From the NCBI GenBank assembly GCA_965198175.1, contig OZ240245.1:1952001-2016000 (forward strand): a DNA stretch of 64,000 nt. The letters run 5' to 3'. The notes below the pieces were generated by a model. It worked only from the letters and a program-made list of their open reading frames with translations. It did no database searches and was not told where the DNA came from. The position numbers and the translations under genes are program-made. The stretch comes from Candidatus Poribacteria bacterium (GTDB lineage Bacteria; Poribacteria; WGA-4E; PCPOR2b). Shown piece by piece: positions 20,745-29,233 of this stretch (the first letter of the stretch is position 1; each line of letters opens with the position of its first letter).

Positions 20745-21548
20745 TTACTTCCCGAACCGCCGCTGCCGTTGGCTATAGTCCCGAATCGCGCGGAGAAGGT
20801 CAATCTTTCTAAAAGACGGCCAATACGTATCGCAGAAGTAGTATTCTGAATACACGCTTTGCCAAAGCAAGAAGCCTGAGAGTCGGACCTCTCCGCTGGT
20901 TCGGATAATCAAATCTGGATCCGGCAAATCGGACGTGTAGAGATGCGGGCTAATCTTATCGACACTTAGCTCTTCTGTGATTTGGGCGGGTTCACGCCCT
21001 TTCGCGAGTTCCGATCTTAAGTGGCTGCGGACCGCTTCGACAATCTCTTCACGCCCACCATAAGCAACAGCCACGTTCAGAATAAATCTGTCGTAATTTT
21101 TTGTTGCGCTCTCTGCAGCGTGAATCGCCTCTTGGAGGCTCTGCGGCAGCAGTTCGACTTTTCCCATCGATCGAATTTTTATCTGGTTGGTGTGCAGCCC
21201 TTCAATAGTCACAACTTCCCGCATCTTCTTCTCTATGAGATCCAAAATTTCTGTGACTTCGGACTGTTCGCGCCTGAAATTGTCGAGGGAGAAGATCCAG
21301 ATTGAGACAATCTTTACACCCAACTCATCACACCAATGGAGCATTTCTTCCAGTTTTTGGGCGCCGTCATAATGCCCTTTGATGGCATCAATGAAGCCCT
21401 GCTTCTTAGCATAGCGGCGATTACCATCGAGGATAATGCCAATATGGTGGGGGATGTGCCACTGACTGGCTTTCTGCTCAAGGCGTTTTTGGTAAACCGC
21501 ATAGAAGAATTTCTTGAGAGGATTCTTGATAATCTGCAATGGGCGCAT
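20745..21548 (-). CDS. uppS: cis-prenyltransferase (UppS family, resembles short-chain Z-type enzymes)
   Basis: HIGIILDGNRR, FSLDNF.R, YGGREE, PDLIIRTSGE.RLSGFLLWQ, RRFG. Confidence 0.85.
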   Translation of the reverse strand: MRPLQIIKNPLKKFFYAVYQKRLEQKASQWHIPHHIGIILDGNRRYAKKQGFIDAIKGHYDGAQKLEEMLHWCDELGVKIVSIWIFSLDNFRREQSEVTEILDLIEKKMREVVTIEGLHTNQIKIRSMGKVELLPQSLQEAIHAAESATKNYDRFILNVAVAYGGREEIVEAVRSHLRSELAKGREPAQITEELSVDKISPHLYTSDLPDPDLIIRTSGEVRLSGFLLWQSVYSEYYFCDTYWPSFRKIDLLRAIRDYSQRQRRFGK

Positions 21549-21987
21549 GATGAAGACCTCGAAAAATCAGTTCATCTTGATTATACCATACAACACAACG
21601 TGAGAAAAAGCCAAAACCTTCGATGCTGTCCAGTCTAATAATGGTATGACCCTCTTTCTGAAGCTGTGCTAAGACAATTAGGACGAATTGGCATAATCCG
21701 TGCGCCAGATGCTCTTTACAAAAGACACTTTTTTTGCGCACCTGTTGCGTTTTACTTTCCGTTTGAAGTTAAACATGGTAAAATTATGGGGTCAAGTAAA
21801 GCATCAGAATCTGCGAAGATAATCTTTCGCAGCGCTTGCGTCGGGTTGCACGGATTTCGGAAAAGTATAGCCGGCTGAGTACCAGAAGATGCATTGAGAA
21901 GCCCCGATAATCCGAGCTAAACCCCTTCGACAGATATTTTCAAAACCAATCTGACGCTGTCCTAAAGTTTGGAAAGGAAACAGGTTC

Positions 21988-23148
21988 ATGCCTGACGTTG
22001 TTGTTGGACATATCGAAGACCTAGAAAGCCTTGAGCCTGTATTTTCTGAATTTGAACGACATCACCCCGGCTTCAAGATAGGGTGCGGACATTTCGATAG
22101 CGATGATGGGCAGCTTGTTGCGGAATACGGCGGCGTCCGATATATCTGGATTGATCGGGGCGAGGGCGAGGTCTTTCTGGATTCAGGCTATCGGACACAA
22201 GAAGGGGATGGCGAGAGCTTGCCCCCGATTTACGAATCGGATCAATGCGATAACGAGAATTGGTCAATCTTGCAAACATTGGCAGAGAATCTCGACACAC
22301 TCCATGAAAGGATTAGACCGCCCATCGAGGCGATTTTGGATCGGATATCAGAACGAACATTGGTCGGCGACATCGCCAACGAGATTTGGTTGATGGAGGA
22401 AAGCGAGGTTCCTCGCGAAAAAAGGGCGAACCGCCCGAAGGTGCGCCGTACCTTTGACCTTCTGTTGGAAAACTATTCTACTGTGGGTTGGTCTACGAAA
22501 CAGATGAGTTCTTTTGAATCGATCCAAGTTGGCGACCAGCTCGCCGCACTGGATGATGAACCGGTTCGGGTGCGTGGAAAATTTTATTATTGGTGGATTG
22601 AGAACACGAATATCTTCATGACGCACCTGACAACGGCTCGTCGTTTGCGCTATCTGCGAGATACGGCTGGCGGTTGCAATTCTGAATCTGACTCTTTTCG
22701 ACGCTTAACGATGACATGGCATTGCAACACAGCGACTGCAGATGAGGCTGACGGCATCAATACGGTTAATAGTCATGTTGTTAATATTGCTGCCCAATCC
22801 TCGCGGACCCACTATCACCCGGCGATTCCGGTCGGCGGCGGAAAGCCGCAGTACGAGATCTACTTGGTGCTCAGCCCAAGCGTGTATTCGCTGAACGCAG
22901 ATGGGCGCGAGGGCTACCTAAATGTCTTCCCCGACATTTCAAATCTCACGGTTTACCAGCAGATACCTCTCAGCCCAGGAGCTATCGTCTATATTCCGCC
23001 GGATACCGGGCATCGCGCTGTAGATGCCTTTGTCAACGTCGTAACTCTGCCCGGCTTCAAGCCGCACAATGAGATTGATTTAGATGCACAAATTAAGGAG
23101 ACAACCAACGGGAGTGCTCCCTACAATGTGCACCTTCTCCACCGATAA
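21988..23148 (+). CDS. Hypothetical protein with a C-terminal cupin-like metal site
   Basis: 386-aa ORF with RBS; THYHP...EIYLVL...VYIPPDTGHRA. Confidence 0.6.
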   Translation: MPDVVVGHIEDLESLEPVFSEFERHHPGFKIGCGHFDSDDGQLVAEYGGVRYIWIDRGEGEVFLDSGYRTQEGDGESLPPIYESDQCDNENWSILQTLAENLDTLHERIRPPIEAILDRISERTLVGDIANEIWLMEESEVPREKRANRPKVRRTFDLLLENYSTVGWSTKQMSSFESIQVGDQLAALDDEPVRVRGKFYYWWIENTNIFMTHLTTARRLRYLRDTAGGCNSESDSFRRLTMTWHCNTATADEADGINTVNSHVVNIAAQSSRTHYHPAIPVGGGKPQYEIYLVLSPSVYSLNADGREGYLNVFPDISNLTVYQQIPLSPGAIVYIPPDTGHRAVDAFVNVVTLPGFKPHNEIDLDAQIKETTNGSAPYNVHLLHR

Positions 23149-24233
23149 AGAGCCTGTTTGAAAAGTGGGTGGCAAAGCTATTTTTTTTGGTCGTTTGAGA
23201 GTCCAAATCATCGAATTTTCAAGGTATTTACCCCAAAATGGCCTCTGTTCTGTTGGATAACCCTCTGTTGTGCTAAAGCCTGCGCCGATTTAACGGCTAT
23301 GGGGCGAGCCCTCCCACCGCTTTTCTGAGCGTATTGCACCACTGGTAAAAATTGTGGAGAATGCCCGATATTCGGAGAAACTAATGATGGATGAGAAGAT
23401 GCTCAAATATTACGAGAAGGGTGAAGAGGCAACTCGTCTCAGCGAGGGAATCCACCGTGTGGAGTTTGAAAGAACGAAGGAAGTCCTGCTCAGATACTTG
23501 CCGCCGCCACCAGCACAAGTTCTCGATGTCGGAGGTGGTCCAGGCGCTTATTCCTTCTGGCTGGCGGAAAAATCGTACACAGTGCATCTGATTGACATCG
23601 TCCCCCTCCATGTAGAGCAGGTGAAGACCGCAGAAGCTGGGGCGCTTCTTGCCAGTATTGGCCAGGGAGATGCCAGAAGACTTGATTTCGAATCTGACTC
23701 TATGGATGTGGTGCTTCTGCTCGGACCGCTCTATCATCTTCCAGATCGTTCGGATCGAATCCGGGCACTGGAGGAAACTTGTAGAGTCTTAAAAAGAGGT
23801 GGCTTGGTTTTCTGTGTTGCCGTTTCGCGGTTCGCATCTCTTCTTAGCGGCTTGAAGCGGGGTTTCTTATCCGATCCAGAGTTCCGTGAAATTGTCCAAA
23901 GAGATTTGAAAGATGGAAAACACCTCAATCCAAAGGAAGTCCCAGGTTATTTTACAACCGCATATTTTCACAGGCCAGAAGAGCTAGCAGAGGAACTCAA
24001 AGAAGCAGGACTTAGCCATTTGAGAACAATAGGGCTACAAGGGCCATCTTGGCTCTTGGGAGATTTTGACGAGCAGTGGGAGGACCTAGAACGGAAAAAG
24101 ATTATCCTTGAAGTGCTTCGCCTAATAGAAGATGAGGCAACGCTTCTCGGTATCAATGCACATCTTCTAGCACTCGGTAAGAAGGAATAAAGAACCGAAG
24201 CTATCTGATTCAAATGACTTTCAAACGAGCTCT
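23149..24233. mobile_element. Transposase-less element bounded by IS-like inverted repeats and carrying a methyltransferase
   Basis: AGAGCCTGTTTGAAAAGT (23149-23166) and ACTTTCAAACGAGCTCT (24217-24233) are imperfect inverted repeats. Confidence 0.5.
23384..24190 (+). CDS. Class I SAM-dependent methyltransferase
   Basis: VLDVGGGPG motif I, GDARRL, LLGPLYHL, RVLKRGG. Confidence 0.92.
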   Translation: MMDEKMLKYYEKGEEATRLSEGIHRVEFERTKEVLLRYLPPPPAQVLDVGGGPGAYSFWLAEKSYTVHLIDIVPLHVEQVKTAEAGALLASIGQGDARRLDFESDSMDVVLLLGPLYHLPDRSDRIRALEETCRVLKRGGLVFCVAVSRFASLLSGLKRGFLSDPEFREIVQRDLKDGKHLNPKEVPGYFTTAYFHRPEELAEELKEAGLSHLRTIGLQGPSWLLGDFDEQWEDLERKKIILEVLRLIEDEATLLGINAHLLALGKKE

Positions 24234-24244
24234 AAGGTGTAACA

Positions 24245-24469
24245 ATGGAAAAATGGTATATCAGCAAAACCGTTTTGAATGGACTCGCTATCATAATGCT
24301 CATCGGATTTCTGGCGTATGTTTTTCAACCATTTCCTCTTATTAAACGGTTCGGGCTTATCTTCTTCCTAACCGCGGGAACGTTGGTCATGGTTAGAGGC
24401 GTCGTAAAAATCACGATGGGGATGCAAAAGGGCGGCATATTTCCATTACGATCGAAAAAACGGGATTGA
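24245..24469 (+). CDS. Small two-TM hypothetical membrane protein
   Basis: 74 aa, two hydrophobic stretches, AAGGTG RBS. Confidence 0.55.
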   Translation: MEKWYISKTVLNGLAIIMLIGFLAYVFQPFPLIKRFGLIFFLTAGTLVMVRGVVKITMGMQKGGIFPLRSKKRD

Positions 24470-24529
24470 TTATCCGCATTCTAGACTACATCTCAGTCGG
24501 GTAGGCATAATCATTATCGGAGGCAAATC

Positions 24530-25492
24530 ATGATTGATAATCGAACGAGAGTTGGACTTGCTCGCAGGCAAAATCGACGCGAAAATGTCTTCACCGCGCT
24601 CGATCTGGTGCGCGACGATGTTATTCCAGAGCTGCGGAATCAGGTGATGTTGAAACCCAATTTCCTTTCAGGCGATAACCAGTTGGCGTCAACACACGTC
24701 GATGCCATCCGCGGTGCAATCGATTTTTTGCTAACCGCCGCAGATCCACCACAGGAGATTATTGTCGCAGAAGGAGGCAACGAAGAGGTACCGGGAGAGG
24801 CGTTCGATAACTTTGGTTATCACGCTTTAATTGACGAATATTCCATCCCAATTCGGTTAGTCGATCTCAATGGGGAGGAGAATTGGAAGGAGGCGTACAT
24901 CCTTCTCGCAGATGGCAGTGAAGTTCCTGTGTACATGCCCAAAACCGTGCTGGATTGCCCGTGCACAATCTCCGTCGGCGTTGCAAAAACGCACGATGTC
25001 TGTGTAGTTACACTTGCACTCAAAAATATGATTATGGGGACACTCCGCAAACAGGATCGCGTCAAGATGCACGGCTACCGCGGTCACGCAGATCGAGAAC
25101 TGCCCCGAGAGGCACAGACACTGAATATCAATCTCATGCGGTTGTCCCGATATCTGCGTCCCGACATCGCCGTTATCGACGGATTCGTTGGGTTACAAGG
25201 AAATGGCCCCAATGGAACCGATGCCGTTGATTTCGGGATTGCTGCCGCGAGTGCAGACGTGTTTGCTGCTGACGCCGTGATGGCGAAAGCGATGGGTTTT
25301 GAACCGTTGCAGCTTGGATTGATGCACTACGCCAATGAGATGGGCTATGGAACGGCTGATCTTGATAAGATTGACGTGTTGGGAACCCCCGTTGAATCAG
25401 TTATCACAACTTTCAAGCCGCATGAAACCGTACATCTCCAACTGCAATGGCATGAACCCCATGCGATGCGTTATTTGGCATATGATGTGTAA
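24530..25492 (+). CDS. DUF362 domain protein
   Basis: VMLKPN, K.H....TLALKN..MG, VIDG..G..GNGP..G, D.FAAD motifs. Confidence 0.85.
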   Translation: MIDNRTRVGLARRQNRRENVFTALDLVRDDVIPELRNQVMLKPNFLSGDNQLASTHVDAIRGAIDFLLTAADPPQEIIVAEGGNEEVPGEAFDNFGYHALIDEYSIPIRLVDLNGEENWKEAYILLADGSEVPVYMPKTVLDCPCTISVGVAKTHDVCVVTLALKNMIMGTLRKQDRVKMHGYRGHADRELPREAQTLNINLMRLSRYLRPDIAVIDGFVGLQGNGPNGTDAVDFGIAAASADVFAADAVMAKAMGFEPLQLGLMHYANEMGYGTADLDKIDVLGTPVESVITTFKPHETVHLQLQWHEPHAMRYLAYDV

Positions 25493-25507
25493 GTATGGCA
25501 ATCGCTT

Positions 25508-25640
25508 TTGACCACAATCATTACCATTTGCGCGTCTTGCGATGGTGGGCTGATAAAAACGACCTAAATTCGGTTCCGCAATCATTATTGTTCAGAATGC
25601 CCATCATCGAAACAGATTTCGATGGTGGGCGTTTTTATTT
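25508..25640 (+). promoter_or_regulatory. Putative leader-peptide transcription attenuator of ileS
   Basis: TTG-started 19-aa ORF MTTIITICASCDGGLIKTT (25508-25567); duplicated CGATGGTGGGC (25540, 25620) both complementary to GCCCATCATCG (25599); 16-bp terminator stem 25597-25632 followed by a T-run. Confidence 0.65.
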
Positions 25641-25711
25641 TCGATGAAATGTCTGTTAGCTTTCGGAAAAATTTAGATGTTCCCAAGGTTAGCGTTAGGG
25701 AGGAAGAGTGT

Positions 25712-28700
25712 ATGTTTGAAGAGGTACCCAACACAATCGATTTCGTCGCGCAGGAGCACCAAGTGCTTGACTTCTGGCGCGACAGCGATGCGTTTCATAA
25801 GCTCAAATCGTTACGAAATAACGGTCCGCGCTGGAGTTTCATTGATGGTCCAATCACAGCCAATAATCCCATGGGGGTTCACCACGCTTGGGGACGGACC
25901 TACAAAGATCTCTATCACCGTTTCAAGGCGATGCAAGGCTACCAAACGCGCTATCAAAACGGGTTTGATTGCCAAGGGCTTTGGGTGGAGGTCAATGTCG
26001 AACGTGAAATCGGTTTTAAGAGTAAAAGGGATATTGAATCCTACGGGCTGGCTGAGTTTGTCAACGCATGCAAGCAGACGGTGCTTCGATATGCTGCAAC
26101 GCAAACAGAACAATCGATTCGGTTGGGTTACTGGATGGAATGGGATGACCCTCAGCAGTTACGATATTTGGAAGCCAAGATGGCGGAAGATCCATCGGCG
26201 ATGGTCACCGTAGAAGGACCGAATGGCGACATAACCGCTACAGTGGAACAGCTTGTCGGGCGATTGGGCATGGCAGAATTGGGGGGATCTTACTTCACCT
26301 TTTCAGATGAAAACAATTACACAATCTGGTCGATGCTCAAGAGTTGCTTCGATCGCGGCTGGGTTTACAAAGGTACGGATGTCATGCCTTGGTGTACTCG
26401 GTGTGATACGGGCATCAGCCAACACGAGATTGTTACTGACGGATACCGAGAGTTGAGTCATAAAAGCATCTTCCTGCGCTTCCCGTTGCGTAATCGCCCT
26501 AACGAAAGCCTGTTAGTTTGGACAACGACGCCGTGGACACTGACTAGCAACGTAGCAGCAGCGGTGCATCGCAATCTAAGCTACGTCCTCGTTGAACAGA
26601 ATGGACATCGCATGTGGTTGGGCAAGGGGGCTTTGGAGAATGCCGTTCGAGGTCCTTTTCAGGTGCTTGAAGAAAAATTGGGCGCTGCGTTAGAAGGATG
26701 GACCTATGATGGCCCCTTCGATGAGCTACCCGCCCAACAAACCGCTGGGGCAGCCGCACAGCACCGGGTCGTCTTGTGGGACGAAGTGGGCAAAACTGAA
26801 GGGACGGGCGTTGTCCATGTTGCGCCGGGGTGTGGCGCAGAGGACTTTCAGTTAAGCAAAGCACAGAATCTGGCAGTTATCGCACCATTGGAGGCGGGCG
26901 GAATCTATGGCGAAGGGTTTGAATGGTTGACGGGTCGGTATGTGCATACCGTCGCCGAAGAAATCTTTGAAAATCTGAAGCAGAAGGGTATTGTGTATCG
27001 CCTGGAAGACTATACCCACCGTTATCCGGTGTGTTGGCGATGTGAGGAGGAACTGGTCTTCCGCCTCGTAGACGAATGGTATATCTCAATGGGAAAGCAA
27101 TTCGATAAGCCCTATGAGGAGATTACGGAAGCGGAAAAGGAACAGAATTTACGCTACCAGATGATGGAGGTTGTCCTAAACCAAACCAACTGGTATCCCG
27201 CGTTCGGACGCGCACGCGAACTTGATTGGTTGCGCAACATGCACGACTGGATGATTTCTAAGAAACGGTACTGGGGTTTAGCACTGCCAATCTACGAATG
27301 CAACGAATGTGGACACTTCCATGTCGTTGGGACCCGAGAAGAATTGAAGGAACGCGCGGTTGAAGGCTGGGAGCTGTTTGAGGGACATACCCCACACCGC
27401 CCCTGGGTTGATGCAGTGAAAATCGCCTGCCCACAGTGTAACGCCCCCGTTTCGCGGATTCGAGATGTAGGCAATCCGTGGTTGGACGCGGGCATCGTCA
27501 CTTTCAGCACGCTACAGTATCGCACCAATCGAGACTATTGGCAGAAGTGGTTCCCCGCAGATTTAATTAGTGAAAGTTTCCCGGGTCAGTTTCGCAATTG
27601 GTTCTACTCGTTAATTGCGATGAGCACAGTCATGGCGAAGCAAGCTCCCTTCAGACATATCTTCACTTACGCGACTCTGCTTGGGGAAGATGGGCAACCG
27701 ATGCACAAATCCTCCCCAAATGTAATCTGGTTCGATGAGGCAGCGGAGAAGATGGGGGTGGACGTGATGCGCTGGATGTATTGCGTCGCGAAACCGGAGC
27801 AAAACCTACTCTTTGGGTATAAGCGAGCGGATGAGGTTCGGCGCCAGTGCTTGATTCCCCTGTGGAACGTATACAGCTTCCTCGTCACTTACGCGAATCT
27901 TGACGGGTGGCAACCGGACAACAAACTCTGGGCGGCGCCGGCTGACAACTTGCGCTGCAATACTTTGGATCGCTGGATACTATCACGTCTGCAGGTCACG
28001 GTCCTCGAAGTGACAAACGAGCTAGAGACATTTGAGCCAGATAAAGCCTGCCGTGCGATTGGTCGTTTTCTTGACGACCTATCAAACTGGTATGTGCGGC
28101 GGAGTCGCCGTCGATTCTGGAAATCAGAAGCGGATGCGGACAAGGAATCCGCCTACCGGACGTTGTACAGCGTCATGGTCACGTTCACACATCTGCTGGC
28201 GCCATTCCTTCCCTTCGTCACGGAGGCTATCTATCAAAATCTCGTCCGCCGAGTTGACCCGGCAGCACCGGAATCAGTACACCACGTCGACTGGCCTCAA
28301 CCACAAGAAGCGTTGCTGGATGAGTCTCTCATTGAGGCGATGGGAACAACACGCACAGCCGTGACATTGGGGCTTGCCGCCCGCGCCACTGCGAACCTAA
28401 AGGTGCGGCAACCGCTGAGTCGCGCCTTAGTTCACGTCCCCGGTAGGCAGAAGTTAGACGATGAGATGATTGTGTTGATCGCAGATGAACTCAACGTGAA
28501 GGCGGTGGAGTTTGTGGAAGATGCCAATCAGTTGCTCCGATACCGCCTGCTGCCGGATAATCGCAAACTGGGACCGCGATTTGGAACGCGCTTTCCAGCG
28601 GTGCGACGAGCATTGACAGAGTTGAATCCCCAAGACACGACTGAAGCTGTGCGGCAACTGGAAAGCGGCGGAGCGATTGCGATCGAACTGGACGATGGGA

Positions 28701-29083
28701 TGGTCGCGCTCGCCGCAGACGAGGTCCTCATCCAACACGAACAACCGGAGGGACTGGCGGTTACGACGGGTCAGGGGATGACGGTTGCTGTTGACACACA
28801 ACTTGCACCGGAACTGGTATCGGAGGGATTGGCGCGTGAGGTAGTGCGCCACATCCAGAACTTGCGCAAAGCAGCCGACTTCAAGCTAGATGATCGCATT
28901 ATCACCACATATCAGGCCGACGAAGAACTCTGGCAGGTGATTGCTGATTGGTCGGCGTTTATCGCGAACGAAACGTTGAGTCTGGAACTTCGTCCGGGCC
29001 AACCAGAGGCAGAGGCCGCGCAAGCCGAAGACACCGTATCTGGACTCCAGTTGAAGTTAGGGGTGCGCCGGGCAAATGTGTAG
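25712..29083 (+). CDS. ileS: Isoleucine--tRNA ligase, type 2
   Basis: DGPITAN.PMGVHH, GFDCQGL, WTTTPWTL, GTGVVHVAP, PMHKS, SNWYVRRSRRRFW, EGLARE..R.IQ; ATG at 25712 after GGGAGG. Confidence 0.96.
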   Translation: MFEEVPNTIDFVAQEHQVLDFWRDSDAFHKLKSLRNNGPRWSFIDGPITANNPMGVHHAWGRTYKDLYHRFKAMQGYQTRYQNGFDCQGLWVEVNVEREIGFKSKRDIESYGLAEFVNACKQTVLRYAATQTEQSIRLGYWMEWDDPQQLRYLEAKMAEDPSAMVTVEGPNGDITATVEQLVGRLGMAELGGSYFTFSDENNYTIWSMLKSCFDRGWVYKGTDVMPWCTRCDTGISQHEIVTDGYRELSHKSIFLRFPLRNRPNESLLVWTTTPWTLTSNVAAAVHRNLSYVLVEQNGHRMWLGKGALENAVRGPFQVLEEKLGAALEGWTYDGPFDELPAQQTAGAAAQHRVVLWDEVGKTEGTGVVHVAPGCGAEDFQLSKAQNLAVIAPLEAGGIYGEGFEWLTGRYVHTVAEEIFENLKQKGIVYRLEDYTHRYPVCWRCEEELVFRLVDEWYISMGKQFDKPYEEITEAEKEQNLRYQMMEVVLNQTNWYPAFGRARELDWLRNMHDWMISKKRYWGLALPIYECNECGHFHVVGTREELKERAVEGWELFEGHTPHRPWVDAVKIACPQCNAPVSRIRDVGNPWLDAGIVTFSTLQYRTNRDYWQKWFPADLISESFPGQFRNWFYSLIAMSTVMAKQAPFRHIFTYATLLGEDGQPMHKSSPNVIWFDEAAEKMGVDVMRWMYCVAKPEQNLLFGYKRADEVRRQCLIPLWNVYSFLVTYANLDGWQPDNKLWAAPADNLRCNTLDRWILSRLQVTVLEVTNELETFEPDKACRAIGRFLDDLSNWYVRRSRRRFWKSEADADKESAYRTLYSVMVTFTHLLAPFLPFVTEAIYQNLVRRVDPAAPESVHHVDWPQPQEALLDESLIEAMGTTRTAVTLGLAARATANLKVRQPLSRALVHVPGRQKLDDEMIVLIADELNVKAVEFVEDANQLLRYRLLPDNRKLGPRFGTRFPAVRRALTELNPQDTTEAVRQLESGGAIAIELDDGMVALAADEVLIQHEQPEGLAVTTGQGMTVAVDTQLAPELVSEGLAREVVRHIQNLRKAADFKLDDRIITTYQADEELWQVIADWSAFIANETLSLELRPGQPEAEAAQAEDTVSGLQLKLGVRRANV

Positions 29084-29233
29084 CATATCGCACCGATACC
29101 GATTTTCGGAAGGAGGGGGAGGACGGTCCTTTCCCGTCTTCTATAACACATGGATACCCTCTCACTTCCGTGTCGAATGCGTGGGCGGTCTCGTAAAATG
29201 GCACTATTACAGGAGGTGAGGTAAGGACGAATC

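Noticed and set aside
25495..25647. ATG-started 50-aa ORF with tandem Trp codons as a trp leader, or a T-box
   Set aside because: It runs through the terminator and the downstream gene is ileS; no GGTGGNACC T-box motif or stem I is present. The Ile/Thr frame fits better.
25622..25711. N-terminal extension of IleRS in the ORF track
   Set aside because: It starts inside the terminator; the RBS-supported start is 25712. The same applies to the extended starts at 39432, 39459, 12057 and 62582.
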